A stretch of DNA of 64,000 bases from an uncultured Gemmatimonadales bacterium (GTDB lineage: Bacteria; Gemmatimonadota; Gemmatimonadetes; Gemmatimonadales; GWC2-71-9): positions 1,248,001-1,312,000 of the forward strand of contig CAVYSW010000003.1 in assembly GCA_963771275.1 (NCBI GenBank), written 5' to 3'. The position numbers and the translations under genes were made by a program. Under the pieces are notes generated by a model that had not been told where the DNA came from, did no database searches, and worked only from the letters and a program-made list of their open reading frames with translations. Shown in pieces: positions 20,363 to 32,084 of this stretch. How positions within the stretch are numbered: the first letter of the stretch is position 1; the number at the start of each line of letters is the position of its first letter.

Positions 20363-21338
20363 TCAGCGCCTTTCCGCCTGGTCGGCGCGCTCCTGCATCG
20401 CTTCGGCCCGCGGCGTGGAGCCGAGCTGGCGGAACGCCGCCTCGGCCGCCCGGAAGCAGGTCGCGGCGTCGGCGGGCCGGCGCAAAGCGTCGTACAGCTC
20501 GCCGAGGTCCCGCTGGATTTCGGCCACGGTCCACGGATGCCGCAGCAGGGTGGCGACGTCGAGCCCCTGGCGCGCGACGCGCTCCGCCTCCGCGTGGCGG
20601 CCCTCGCCGCGCGAGATGTTCCCGAGGATGCGGAGTGCGTCGGCCTCGGCCAGCTTGTCGCCCTCGGCCCGCGCCAGGGCGAGCCCGCGCTCGACCTGGG
20701 CGCGCCCCACCCCCACCTCGCCCAGCGCGGCCATCGCCTCGCCGCGGCTGGAGAGGGCCTCGCCCACCAATCGGTTCGAGCCCGCCCGGTCGGCCGCCTC
20801 GAGCGCCCGGTCGGCCGCGGCGGCGGCGTCGGCGTAGCGGCCGAGATCGCGCGCGGTGATGGCGGTGTTGATCCACGTCTCGGCGATGCCGTGGTCGAAC
20901 GCGAGCCGCTCGAACCCGGCGCGGGCGGCGCGGTAGAAGCCGAGCGCCGCGTCGTGGCGCGCCAGGTAGAGCGAGATGTTGCCGAGGTTGTTGGAGCAGC
21001 GTGCCACGATCAGGTCGTCGCCGATCTCGCGGGCCAGCTCCATGGCCCGGCCGAAGCCCTGTTCGGCGGCGGCGAGGTCGCCGAGCCCGAAGGCGCCCGC
21101 CGCGGCGACGTTCTCGCCCCGCATCTCGCCATCGGTATCGCCGACCGTGCGGAACCCGGCCCGCGCCTCCAGCGCGAGCTTGCGGCTGAACTCGAAGTCG
21201 CCCAGCCGCCAGGCGGCCATCGCGGACAGGAGGTACCACTCGGGGGCCTCGCGCGCTTCGGGCGGCAGCTCCGCCAGCGCGACGGCGGCGTCGCGGAACC
21301 GGCCGGACCGGACGGCCACGCGCGCGGCGCGCAGGGGA

Positions 21339-21355
<17 letters not shown>
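20363..21355 (-). CDS. Stand-alone tetratricopeptide-repeat protein
   Basis: Repeated NNLG/LGNI/LGEL helical repeats; GAGG SD; overlaps the upstream activator stop. Confidence 0.85.
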
Positions 21356-22685
<1,330 letters not shown>

Positions 22686-22695
22686 CCGCGGTGCG

Positions 22696-23439
22696 TCAGT
22701 CGTGCGAGCCGCTGTGGTCACGATCCTCGAACGCCCCGAACGACTGCTTGATGTTCTCGTCCACGACGCTCCGGTCCGGGTTCGCGGGGTCCATCAGCAC
22801 CCCGTTCTTCACGAACCAGCGACTCACGTCCACGAAGATCGTGATGTTCGTGCTCACGCCCTGGGTTACGACGAGCTGCGGTACCAGCGTCAGCGTCTGC
22901 TCGACGTCGAGGGTGGTGGTGTACTCGAACGGCTGGCTGTTGAACGTGCCGCGCACGCGGATGCTGACGCCCGCAAAGTCGGGATGCGCCGCGAGAAACG
23001 CCTGATCGGTCGAGTCGCTGCCCTCGGCCTTATGGACCTCGAACTTGATCTCGCTGTACGTGGCGGCCGGCACCGTATCGAGCCCGAACGTCTGCTCCGC
23101 GCCGGGCGTGAGCGGCAGGCTCACGAGCACCGGACCGGCCTCGAACTTCTCGCACGGGTCGTCCTCGCCCGCGGGGGCGCATGCCGTCGTCTCCACGCGC
23201 TTGAGCTCGATCTCCCGCAGCACGATCTCCACGCTCGCATAGACCAGCGTGTCGGTGCCGATGATCGTGTCGTTCACCTGGACGACGCCCAGGCTGGGCT
23301 GGCGTGACAGGCTCGCGGCGGTCTGCGCCTGCGTCGCGAACGACACCTGGACGCTGGCGTTGTGACCCTGGTCGCTCGTCGTCAGGCAGCCCAGCGCGCC
23401 GAGCAGGAGCAGAACTACGGGAATGCGCTTCACGGTCAT
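22696..23439 (-). CDS. Lipoprotein (DUF4382-like), paralog B
   Basis: LGALGC lipobox; shares [27 protein letters not shown] and ENIKQSF.AFED with its neighbour. Confidence 0.75.
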   Translation of the reverse strand: MTVKRIPVVLLLLGALGCLTTSDQGHNASVQVSFATQAQTAASLSRQPSLGVVQVNDTIIGTDTLVYASVEIVLREIELKRVETTACAPAGEDDPCEKFEAGPVLVSLPLTPGAEQTFGLDTVPAATYSEIKFEVHKAEGSDSTDQAFLAAHPDFAGVSIRVRGTFNSQPFEYTTTLDVEQTLTLVPQLVVTQGVSTNITIFVDVSRWFVKNGVLMDPANPDRSVVDENIKQSFGAFEDRDHSGSHD

Positions 23440-23526
23440 GCCTCCGGATGCGGTGCGGCCGGGCGGCGCAGGGGCGCCGCCCGGCTCTTGCAAGCTAATC
23501 CTCCACCACGCGGCTCGCGTCAAGCC

Positions 23527-24273
23527 TCAGTCGTCGTGGCCGTCGCGGTCGTCGTCCTCGAACGAGCGGAACGACCGCTTGATGTTCTCTTTCACGAGGC
23601 TCTCGTTCGCGCCGCCGTGGTTGGCCGACGCCGGGTCCACCAGCGCCTGACCGCTCCGGAACCACGAGGACAGGTCGATCCCCATCGTGACGTTGACCGC
23701 GCTGGTCGAGTCGGCCACGACGATCGGGGTCGTGAGCTCGTTCTCCTGCTCGACGTCGAGGTCGGATTCGTAGACGAATGCGGTCCCGTTGAACGTGCCC
23801 TCGAGCCGGATGCTGAGCCCGTCGAGATCGGGGTACTGCGTGATCAGCGCCTGGTCCGCGCTGCCCTCGAGCTTGTGCACCTCGAAATCGAGCTCGTTGT
23901 ACGTGCCGGGCGGGATCGCGATGGTGATCGCGGTCGCGACCTGGCCGTCGAGCGGCAGGCTCACGACCATCGGGTCGGTCTTGAACTCTTCGCAGCCGTC
24001 CTCGTCACCGGCGGGACCGGTCGAGTCACACGCCATCCCGTCGGCGCGCTTGAGCTCGACCTGCCGGAGCACGATCTGCGCCTTGGTGATGATCAGCACG
24101 TCGCTGCCCGAGATGATCGTATCGTCGAGCGCGGCCACGCTGCTGAACGCGGGTGCGCCGCCCGGCTTCGTCGTGAACGACAGCGACGCCGTGGGCCCAC
24201 CCGGGCCGGTTCCCGTACTGCAGGCGGCGGCAACCGCCGCCACACCCAGTGCCGTCAAGACTCGATTGCGCAT
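23527..24273 (-). CDS. Lipoprotein (DUF4382-like), paralog A
   Basis: VAAAC lipobox, GGAGG SD; LRQVELKR, CEEFKTDP.VVSLPL and ENIKRSFRSFEDDDRDG. Confidence 0.78.
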   Translation of the reverse strand: MRNRVLTALGVAAVAAACSTGTGPGGPTASLSFTTKPGGAPAFSSVAALDDTIISGSDVLIITKAQIVLRQVELKRADGMACDSTGPAGDEDGCEEFKTDPMVVSLPLDGQVATAITIAIPPGTYNELDFEVHKLEGSADQALITQYPDLDGLSIRLEGTFNGTAFVYESDLDVEQENELTTPIVVADSTSAVNVTMGIDLSSWFRSGQALVDPASANHGGANESLVKENIKRSFRSFEDDDRDGHDD

Positions 24274-24534
24274 GGTACCCCTCCCGTTTGGTTCGCTTCG
24301 CTCGGTTGCCCGTCGCGACCGTCCGTCGGCCGCTCGGCCAGCCTGAGTCGCAAGCCGGGGACCACGTGGGGCACGGGTGATCAGGCGTCAGTAATGCTAT
24401 AGCGTATAATGTGTTACAGGCGCATGTGCCGCCGGTCGTAAGTCGCGCGTACTGGCTCGTTTCGAGACAGATGGGCTGTTCTGGCGCGTGACACCCGGCG
24501 GGGGAGGCTGGCGGCATTTAGATTGGCTGCCACT

Positions 24535-26158
24535 ATGCGGAAGCTCATCCAGTGGTCGGCCGTCGCGGCCGTCGACGGCGGCCGCCGGCTGCCGGTCCGA
24601 GGCCCCGTGTCCCGAGTGCGGCAGCGCGGTGATCGCCGCGGGCGCCGACGCCGACATTCTGCTCCCCGCGTTGACGCAGGGCGTGGGGCGCCAGGTGTCG
24701 GATCAGATCTTCCTCAAGCTCGCCGACGTCGGGACCGCGACGAACACGGTGGGCGACTCGGGGTTCGTGCCGCGCCTCGCCGAGTCGTGGCGGTTCGAGA
24801 ATCCGCTGACGCTGGTGTTCCGGCTCGATCCGCGGGCGCGCTGGCAGGACGGCGTCCCGGTCACCGCCCGCGACGTGGCCTTCACGTTCGCCGCGTACCG
24901 CGACACGCTGCTCGACGCGCCCGCCCTCCCGCTGCTCGCGGACATCGATTCGGTCACGGTGCGGGACGAGCGGACCGCGGTGGTCCATTTCCGGCGCGCG
25001 TATCCCGAGCAGTTCTTTGACGCCACGCACCACGTGCGGATCCTGCCGGCGCACCTGCTCGATTCGGTGCCGCGCGAGCGTTGGCGCACGCATCCGTTCG
25101 CCCGCAACCCGGTGGGCGACGGCCCGTATCGGCTGGCGAGCTGGCGGCCCGGCGAGTCGATCGAGCTCGCGGCCGACTCGTCGTTCTTCCAGGGACCGCC
25201 CGGCATCGGCCGGCTGATCTGGCGCATCGCGCCGGACTTCAACGCGGCGATCACGCAGCTCATCGCGGGCGAGGCCGACATCATCGAGACGATCGTCGGC
25301 GCGGAGAACGTCGAGCGCGTCAAGCGCGACTCGGCGCTGCGGCTCGTCGAGTATCCGTCGCCCGCCTACGCCTACCTGGGGTTCAACCTGCGCGACCCGC
25401 GCGATCCCGCGCGACCCAACGCGCTGTTCGGCGACCGCGGACTGCGGCGCGCGCTGGCGCTCGCGATCGATCGGAAGGCGCTGGTCGAGGCGGTGCTGGG
25501 CGGGTACGGCATCGTTCCCCCGGGCCCCACCACGCCGATGGTGTCGATCGCGGACGGCGCGCCACCCCAGCTGCCGTTCGATTCGGTTCACGCCGCCCGG
25601 CTGCTCGACAGCCTCGGTTGGCGGCGCGGCGCCGGCGACTCGCTGAGGACCCGCGACGGCCGCCGGCTCGGGTTCGAGGTGCTCTACCCCAGCTCGAGCG
25701 GCATCCGGCAGCGCGCCGCCGTGATCCTCCAGGAACAGCTCCACAGAGTGGGCGTGGAGCTCAGGATCACGCCGATCGAGCTCAACGTCTGGCTCGACCG
25801 CGCCCGCACGGGCCGGTTCGACGCGATCATCGGCGGCTGGCAGATCGATCTGCCGCCCAGCGGGCTGCGCGAGCTGTGGGGCAGCGCCGGGATCGGCGGC
25901 TCGAACTACGACCGCTACTCGAGCCCGACGTTCGACAGCCTGATCGCGCGGGCGGGAACCGCGACCAACCCGGTCGCCGCGCGGCGCCTGTGGCATCAGG
26001 CGATCGACACGATCAACCAGGACGCGCCCGCGGTCTGGCTGTTCAGCCCCACGATGTTCGCCGGCCTGAGCCGCCGCATCGCGAACGTGACGATCCGGCC
26101 GGACGAGTGGTGGGCGACGCTGTGGACGTGGAAGGCGGGACGGAGGGAGAGCCGATAG
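24535..26158 (+). CDS. Peptide ABC transporter substrate-binding lipoprotein (family 5); frameshift near 24574 in the signal peptide
   Basis: MRKLIQWSAVAAV in one frame, TAAAGC lipobox and body in another; LAESW, WQDGVPVTARDVAFT, PVGDGPYRL. Confidence 0.85.
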
Positions 26159-26230
26159 CCGATAGCCGTTAGCCGATTGCCGAACGCTCCCGGCCATCGG
26201 CTGTCGGCCATCGGCCATTGGGTCAGCGGC
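26150..26230. repeat. Inverted heptamer arrays (GATAGCC-type / CATCGGC-type)
   Basis: About 4 direct units, a short spacer, then about 4 inverted units, overlapping the SBP stop. Confidence 0.85.
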
Positions 26231-26258
26231 CCACGGCCAAGTCCGTATATTCCCGTCC

Positions 26259-28061
26259 ATGTTGATCGCCCTCGCCCAAACCCATCCCCGCAAGGCCGAT
26301 TACGCCGGCAACCTGCGGCGGATCGGCGCGGTGCTGGCGCAGGTCGGGCGCTGGCCGGAGCCGCCGGGAATCGTGGTGTTCGGGGAGACGGCCGTGTCCG
26401 GCTATTTCCTCGAGGGCGGCACGCGCGACGCGGCCGTGAGCGCGGGGACGCTGTACCGCGATCTCATGCTGCAGCACCAGGCGGTGGGCGCGCCACAGCT
26501 CGACGTGTGCATCGGGTTCTACGAGCGGTTTCACAGCCGGATCTTCAACTCCGCCCTCTACGCCACGCTGGGCAGCGCGCAGGCGGGCATCCGGCACATC
26601 CACCGCAAGGTGTTTCTCCCGACCTACGGCCTGTTCGACGAGGAGCGGTTCGTCGACGCCGGAACGGCCATCCAGGCGTTCGACACGGCGTTCGGGCGCG
26701 TGGCGATGCTGATCTGCGAAGACGCGTGGCACTCGATGTCGGCGACGCTCGCGGCGCTCGACGGCGCGCAGCTGCTGCTGGTGCCGAGCGCGTCGCCCGC
26801 CCGGGGCATCGCGCCGTCGGCGGCGGGCACGGTCAACAACACCGAGGCGTGGGAGCGCGTGATGCGGCGCGCCGCCGAAGAGCATGGCGTCTACGTCGCG
26901 CTGACGCAGATCGTGGGGTTCGAGGGGGGCAAGGGGTTCCAGGGCCGCTCGATGCTGGTCGGCCCTGACGGCCAGGTGATGGCCGCGGCGCCGGTGTTCG
27001 AGGAGGCGATCGTGCAGGGGCGGCTCGATCGGCGGGCGCTGGTGCGCGCGCGCTACGACCAGCCGCTGCTCGGCGACCTCGAGGTGGCGCTGCCCAATCT
27101 GCTGGCGCGTGCGCACGGCCAGCGCACCGAGCCGGTGCGCTACGACGGCTCCGAAGGGCCGGCGCAGCCCGCCATCCGGGTCCAGCCCGCCACCCTGCCG
27201 ATCGTCAGCCCACGCCCGGGCGCCGACCCGCTCGCAATCGATCCGGCGCTGGTGGAGCGCTGGCTGGTGGCGTTCCTCCGGGAGGAAGTGGTCCAGCGGC
27301 GCGGGTTCACCAGGGGGCTGGTGGCGCTGTCGGGCGGCGTGGACAGCGCGGTGACCGCCGCGATCGCGGCGCGCGCCCTCGGCGCGCAGAACGTGACCGG
27401 CGTGCGGCTGCCGTACCGCACGTCGTCGCCCGAGAGCCTGAAGCACGCCGAGATCGTGGCCAAGGCGCTGGGCATCTCCCTCACGACGATCGACATCACC
27501 CAGGCGGTCGACGCCTTCTGCGCCGCGGGCGGCAATGACGCGGACGCCGCGCGGCGCGGCAACGTGATGGCGCGGATGCGGATGATCGCGCTGTTCGATC
27601 TGTCGGCCAAGCACAAGGCGCTGCCACTCGGCACCGGCAACAAGAGCGAGCGCCTGCTGGGCTACTTCACCTGGCACGCCGACGACTCGCCGCCGGTGAA
27701 CCCGCTGGGCGACCTGTTCAAGACCCAGGTCTGGCAGCTCGCCCGGCATCTCGGCATCCCGGACGAGGTGATCGCCAAGCCGGCGAGCGCCGATCTGCTG
27801 TCGGGCCAGACCGACGAGGCCGATCTCGGCATCGGCTACGACAGGGCCGACCGCATTCTCCACGGGCTGCTCACCGGGCTCGAGCCCGACGAGATCGCCG
27901 CCCAGGGATTCACGCCCGCCGAGGTGAAGCTGGTGCGCGACCGGCTCGAGGGCACGCACTGGAAGCGCAAGCTCCCCACCGTGGCGATGCTGTCGTCCTC
28001 CGCGATCGGCGAGAACTACCTCCGACCGGTGGACTACGGGTCGCACCCGGAGAAGGCGTGA
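26259..28061 (+). CDS. nadE: Glutamine-dependent NAD+ synthetase
   Basis: Nitrilase domain (E, HRKVFLPTYGLFDEER, ICEDAW) plus ALSGGVDS, GNVMARMRM, GTGNKSE and KPASADL. Confidence 0.93.
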   Translation: MLIALAQTHPRKADYAGNLRRIGAVLAQVGRWPEPPGIVVFGETAVSGYFLEGGTRDAAVSAGTLYRDLMLQHQAVGAPQLDVCIGFYERFHSRIFNSALYATLGSAQAGIRHIHRKVFLPTYGLFDEERFVDAGTAIQAFDTAFGRVAMLICEDAWHSMSATLAALDGAQLLLVPSASPARGIAPSAAGTVNNTEAWERVMRRAAEEHGVYVALTQIVGFEGGKGFQGRSMLVGPDGQVMAAAPVFEEAIVQGRLDRRALVRARYDQPLLGDLEVALPNLLARAHGQRTEPVRYDGSEGPAQPAIRVQPATLPIVSPRPGADPLAIDPALVERWLVAFLREEVVQRRGFTRGLVALSGGVDSAVTAAIAARALGAQNVTGVRLPYRTSSPESLKHAEIVAKALGISLTTIDITQAVDAFCAAGGNDADAARRGNVMARMRMIALFDLSAKHKALPLGTGNKSERLLGYFTWHADDSPPVNPLGDLFKTQVWQLARHLGIPDEVIAKPASADLLSGQTDEADLGIGYDRADRILHGLLTGLEPDEIAAQGFTPAEVKLVRDRLEGTHWKRKLPTVAMLSSSAIGENYLRPVDYGSHPEKA

Positions 28062-28618
28062 AGCCGCCCCGCACATCCCCGCGCCAGGGGCAGGAGCGGC
28101 AGGGGCCGCCGCCGCCGCAGGGGCAGCGAGGGCAGTTGGGGGGGCCGACTCCGGTTTCCGCGTCCCGCGCCGTCATGTCCGAGCTGATGATGCCGCACAT
28201 GGGCAACAATCTCGGTCACGTGTTCGGTGGAGTGATCCTCTCGCTGGTAGACCGGGTGGCGGCCGTCGCCGCGATCCGGCACGCGCGCCGGCCGTGCGTC
28301 ACGGTGTCGGTAGACCGGGTGGATTTCCACCTGCCGATCCATCTGGGGGAGCTGGTCACGGCCCACGCCAGCGTGAACTTCGTCGGCCGGACGTCGATGG
28401 AAGTGGGAGTGCGGATCGAGGCCGAGCAGCTGCTCACCGGTGAGCGGCGCCACACCAACAGCTGCTACGTCACGTTCGTCGCGATCGACGAGGCGGGGCA
28501 CCCGATCGCGGTTCCGCCGCTCGTGCTGGAGACCGACGAGGACCGGCGGCGCCACGCGGGCGCGGCGGCGCGGCGGCGGCGCCGGCTGGAGGAGCGCCAG
28601 AGCGAGGCCGGGCGGTGA
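28058..28618 (+). CDS. Acyl-CoA thioesterase (hotdog, YciA-like)
   Basis: NNLGHVFGG, CVTVSVDRVDF, GRTSMEVGV and YVTFVAID motifs. Confidence 0.9.
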   Translation: MKPPRTSPRQGQERQGPPPPQGQRGQLGGPTPVSASRAVMSELMMPHMGNNLGHVFGGVILSLVDRVAAVAAIRHARRPCVTVSVDRVDFHLPIHLGELVTAHASVNFVGRTSMEVGVRIEAEQLLTGERRHTNSCYVTFVAIDEAGHPIAVPPLVLETDEDRRRHAGAAARRRRRLEERQSEAGR

Positions 28619-29463
28619 CGCGCGTGGTGTGTGCCCTGAGCGGCGGCGGTGCCAAGACCGCCGCGCATCTCGGGGCGCTCCGGGCGCTGTACGAGCGCGG
28701 GCTCCGGCCGAGCCACTACGTGGCGAGCTCGATGGGGGCGGTGGTCGCCGCGGCCGCCGCGGCGGGCGTGGACTACGACGTCCAGCTCGACCGGCTGGTG
28801 CGGCTGAGGCGGCGCGACGTCGCGGTGCTCTCGCCCAAGGCGCTGATGGGGTTGTACGGCCGGGGCCTGTTCCGCCCCGAGCCGTTGCGGCGCACGATCG
28901 CCGCCCTGGTTCCCGCCGAGCGGTTTCAGGACCTCGGCGTGGCGCTCACCATCACCGTCGTGGATCTCGATTCGGGCGAGCTGGTGCTGCTCGGGGCGGG
29001 CGGGCGCGACGACGTGCCGCTGCACGACGCGCTGCTCGCCACCTGCGCGCTGCCGATCTACTACCCGCCCGTGGTGATCGGCGGGCGGCGCTACGTGGAC
29101 GGCGGCCTGCGCGCGGTGCTGCCAATCGACGTCGCGGCCCGGTTCGAGCCGGACCTGATCTTCGCGGTGGACGTGGGGCCGGGGTTCGACGAGCTGCCGG
29201 CCGAGCGCCACTCGCCGATCCCGCCGCTGGTCCGGCTGCACGGCGAGGTGTTGCGCGTGATGATGGCGGCGCAGACCAAGGCGACGCTCGCGGCGTGGAG
29301 CGGGCGGAGCGAGCCACGCGTGGTCGTCGTGCGGCCGGCGGTGCGGGCGGAGACGACGTTCGCGCTCGAGCGGACGCCGCTCTACGTGGAGGAAGGGTAT
29401 CGGGCGGCGGTGCGGGCGCTGGGAGGGGAGGTTAGGTTCGGGGGTGGGAAAAGTGAAAAGTGA
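28615..29463 (+). CDS. Patatin-like phospholipase
   Basis: LSGGGAK oxyanion motif, ASSMG nucleophile variant, YVDGG. Confidence 0.88.
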   Translation: MTRVVCALSGGGAKTAAHLGALRALYERGLRPSHYVASSMGAVVAAAAAAGVDYDVQLDRLVRLRRRDVAVLSPKALMGLYGRGLFRPEPLRRTIAALVPAERFQDLGVALTITVVDLDSGELVLLGAGGRDDVPLHDALLATCALPIYYPPVVIGGRRYVDGGLRAVLPIDVAARFEPDLIFAVDVGPGFDELPAERHSPIPPLVRLHGEVLRVMMAAQTKATLAAWSGRSEPRVVVVRPAVRAETTFALERTPLYVEEGYRAAVRALGGEVRFGGGKSEK

Positions 29464-29489
29464 AAAGTGAAAAGTGAAAAGTGAAAAGT
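29448..29489 (+). repeat. Perfect tandem repeat (GAAAAGT)6
   Basis: Six exact copies counted; contains the patatin stop and the DUF2203 start. Confidence 0.95.
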
Positions 29490-29913
29490 GAAAAAGACCT
29501 ATTTCACCATCGACGAGGCCAATCGCACGCTGCCGCTGGTGCGGAAGATCGTCCAGGACATCGTGGACGACTACCGGCACTGGAAAGAGGCGCTGGCGCG
29601 CTACGAGCTGGCGGCCGCGTCGCAGCGCTCCGCGAGCGGCGAGTCCGATGAGGTGGTGACGCGGCGGCGGGAAGTGGACGATCTGGCCGAGCGGATCAAC
29701 GGCTATATCGCGGAGCTCGAGCAAGTGGGCTGCGTGCTCAAGGGGTTCGACGAGGGGCTGGTGGATTTCCGGGGGCGGATCGAGCAACGCGACGTGTGGC
29801 TGTGCTGGCGGCTGGGGGAACCCGACGTGTCGCACTGGCACGAGCTCGACGCCGGGTTCCAGTCGCGCCAGCCGATTGTGCCGGCGCACGCGGAAGAGGG
29901 ATCTGACCGGTGA
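29488..29913 (+). CDS. DUF2203 domain protein
   Basis: FTIDEANRTLPLV...LKG...GLVDF...WLCWRLGEP...WHELDAGF.SR signature. Confidence 0.9.
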   Translation: MKKTYFTIDEANRTLPLVRKIVQDIVDDYRHWKEALARYELAAASQRSASGESDEVVTRRREVDDLAERINGYIAELEQVGCVLKGFDEGLVDFRGRIEQRDVWLCWRLGEPDVSHWHELDAGFQSRQPIVPAHAEEGSDR

Positions 29914-30377
29914 CGATCGCGCTGTTCCTGCACGTGATCGGGATCAGCCTGTGGTTGGGTGCCGGGGCTGTGGTCCTGCTGGTGGGAGCGGCGGGAGCGG
30001 CAGACGCGGCAGGAACGGGCCGCGCGGCCCGGCTCGCCCTGCTGAGCCGGATCTACGGTATGCTCGTGGCGCCGGGCGCGGTGCTCGCGACGGCCTCGGG
30101 GATCGCGCTCACGATGCTGGTCTACAGCCGCGGCCTGAGCGCGCGGCTCGGCACGGCGGCGGTGGGCATGGAGGCCGTCGGCCTGCTGGCCGGCGTGCTC
30201 GAAATCTTCGTCACGTTCCCCGCGGCCCAGCGGCTCGGCCGCGTGATCGCCGGCGCGGACCCGGCGGACCCGAAGGCCGGCGAGCGGCTGCGGCGCCGCG
30301 TCACGGCCATGCTGCGCGTGACGCTCGCGCTGGTCGTGATCGCCACCCTGCTTGGCGTGGTTCCAACTCCCGAGTGA
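29910..30377 (+). CDS. Four-TM hypothetical membrane protein
   Basis: Hydrophobic helices; GTGA overlap with the upstream gene. Confidence 0.75.
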   Translation: MTIALFLHVIGISLWLGAGAVVLLVGAAGAADAAGTGRAARLALLSRIYGMLVAPGAVLATASGIALTMLVYSRGLSARLGTAAVGMEAVGLLAGVLEIFVTFPAAQRLGRVIAGADPADPKAGERLRRRVTAMLRVTLALVVIATLLGVVPTPE

Positions 30378-31186
30378 CCGCCCGCCCGCCGCTGGCCCTG
30401 GCCGCCATGGATCCGCGGCGCATCATCGGACGGTTCACGCTGCACGCGCTGAGCCACGTGGGCCGGGTCGCCAACCTGACGCTCGAGATCTTCCGCACGC
30501 TCGGCGAGTGGCGCATCTGGGTGCCGCGCACGTTCGAGCAGGGCGAGCACATCGGCTTCGGGTCGCTGTTCATCGTGCTGCTCACGGCGGGGTTCGCCGG
30601 CGCCGTGACCGCGCTCCAGACGGGCTACCAGTTTCAGGCCAACCTGCCGGTTTACATCGTGGGCGGCCTGATCGTGCAGACGATCGTGCTCGAGCTGGGG
30701 CCGGTGCTCACCGCCCTGCTGCTGGCCGGCCGGATCGGCGCGCGCTACGCCGCCGAGCTGGGGACGATGCGGGTCACCGAGCAGATCGACGCGCTCGAGA
30801 GCCTGGGCCGCTCGCCGGTGTCGCACCTCATCATCCCGCGCGTGCTCGCGGGGACGGTGATGCTCCCCATTCTGGTGATCTTCGCGGACCTGGTCGGCAG
30901 TCTCGCCGGCTATTTCTTCGCCCACACCGGAGTGCTGCAGATCACCGGCGCCGATTTCGTGTACGGCGCGCGCTACTTCTTCCGCCCGTGGGATCTGTGG
31001 TACTCGATGATCAAGTCGGTGTTCTTCGGGATGGCGATCTCACTGGTGCCGTGCTACGTCGGCTTCACCACCAAGCAGGGGGCCGAGGGCGTGGGCCGCG
31101 CCACCACGGCGGCGGTGGTGAGCGCGTCGGTGCTGATCCTGTTCCTCGACGCGCTGCTGGCGCAGATCCTGCTGCCGAATGCCTGA
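30374..31186 (+). CDS. mlaE: MlaE-family ABC permease
   Basis: ELGPVLTALLLAGRIGA..AAELGTMRVTEQIDAL, GAEGVGRATT. Start is GTG 30374 or ATG 30407. Confidence 0.92.
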   Translation: MTARPPLALAAMDPRRIIGRFTLHALSHVGRVANLTLEIFRTLGEWRIWVPRTFEQGEHIGFGSLFIVLLTAGFAGAVTALQTGYQFQANLPVYIVGGLIVQTIVLELGPVLTALLLAGRIGARYAAELGTMRVTEQIDALESLGRSPVSHLIIPRVLAGTVMLPILVIFADLVGSLAGYFFAHTGVLQITGADFVYGARYFFRPWDLWYSMIKSVFFGMAISLVPCYVGFTTKQGAEGVGRATTAAVVSASVLILFLDALLAQILLPNA

Positions 31187-31187
31187 G

Positions 31188-31357
31188 ACCGATGGCCGAT
31201 GGCCGATGGCCGATAGCCGATGGCCGATGGCCGATAGCCGATGGCCGATGGCCGATAGCCGATGGCCGATGCGTGTCGAGGTCACGCTGCACGTTGCACG
31301 CTGCGCGCTGCACGGCAGTTCTCACGCTATACGCTACACGCTACACGCTACACGCTC
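31188..31357. repeat. Heptamer arrays: ~11 GATGGCC/GATAGCC units (21-nt super-period), then CACGCTG/CACGCTA units
   Basis: Read directly, between the convergent mlaE and mutY stops. Confidence 0.93.
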
Positions 31358-32022
31358 GTCGTCCCGTCTTGCACGCCGCTCGCACCGGGCAGATCTCGCA
31401 GCGCGGCTTCCGGGCCACGCAGATCGTGGCGCCGAGGTCCATCAGGGCCTGATTGAACTCCCACGCGGCGCGGCGGGACTTGGGAAGCAGTCTCTCTGCC
31501 AGGGCCCACAGCCGCTCTTCTCCATCTCCGCCCCTCTGCCCCTTCTGCCCGCGTTTCCCCGACACGAACGCCCGCGTCAGCACCCTGGCCACATTCGTAT
31601 CCACGGCCGGCACGCGGCGCTCGAACGCGAACGCGGCGACGGCGCCCGCGGTGTAGCGGCCGACGCCGGGAAGCCGGCGCAGCTGGTCGGTGCGGTGCGG
31701 GATGGCGCCGCCGTGGTCGGCGACCACCGTGTGCGCCAGGGCGTGCAGGTTCTCCGCTCGGCGATAGTAGCCGAGTCCCTGCCACGCCTCGCGCACGGCG
31801 CGGGGGCGGGCGCGGGCGAGGTGCTCCAGGGTGGGGAAGCGGTCGAGAAACCGCGGATAGAAGTCGAGCACGCGCGAGACCTGGGTCTGCTGCAGCATGA
31901 ACTCGGATACCAGGACCGCGTAGGGGTCGCGCGTCCCGCGCCACGGCAGGGGACGGGCGTGGGCGCGGAACCATCTGCAGCAGGCGCCGCTTGAAGGAGA
32001 GCGACTGGGAGCTGGGGGGCAT
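31341..32022 (-). CDS. mutY: A/G-specific adenine glycosylase, short form without C-terminal Nudix-like domain; frameshift near 31978
   Basis: LPWR, VSEFMLQQTQV, WQGLGYYRRA, LPGVGRYTA, VDTNVAR, NQALMDLGA and C-x6-C-x2-C-x5-C FeS motif; N-terminus in a different frame. Confidence 0.88.
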
Positions 32023-32084
32023 TGGGGCGGAAGATACGTGAAGCCGAGCAGAGGGGGAGAGCAGCAGATGAGCGGGGGGCGGCG

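Noticed and set aside
23470..23526. Sigma54 promoter upstream of lipoprotein B (TGGAGGATTAGCTTGCA on minus)
   Set aside because: GG-to-GC spacing is 11 or 8 nt rather than the required 10.
28615..29463. Inactive patatin because GxSxG reads ASSMG
   Set aside because: The nucleophile Ser, Gly-rich loop and DGG are retained; probably a tolerated variant.
31188..31357. Possible CRISPR array or MADSRWP repeat protein
   Set aside because: Contiguous 7-nt units with no unique spacers and no cas genes; the peptides are translations of non-coding repeats.
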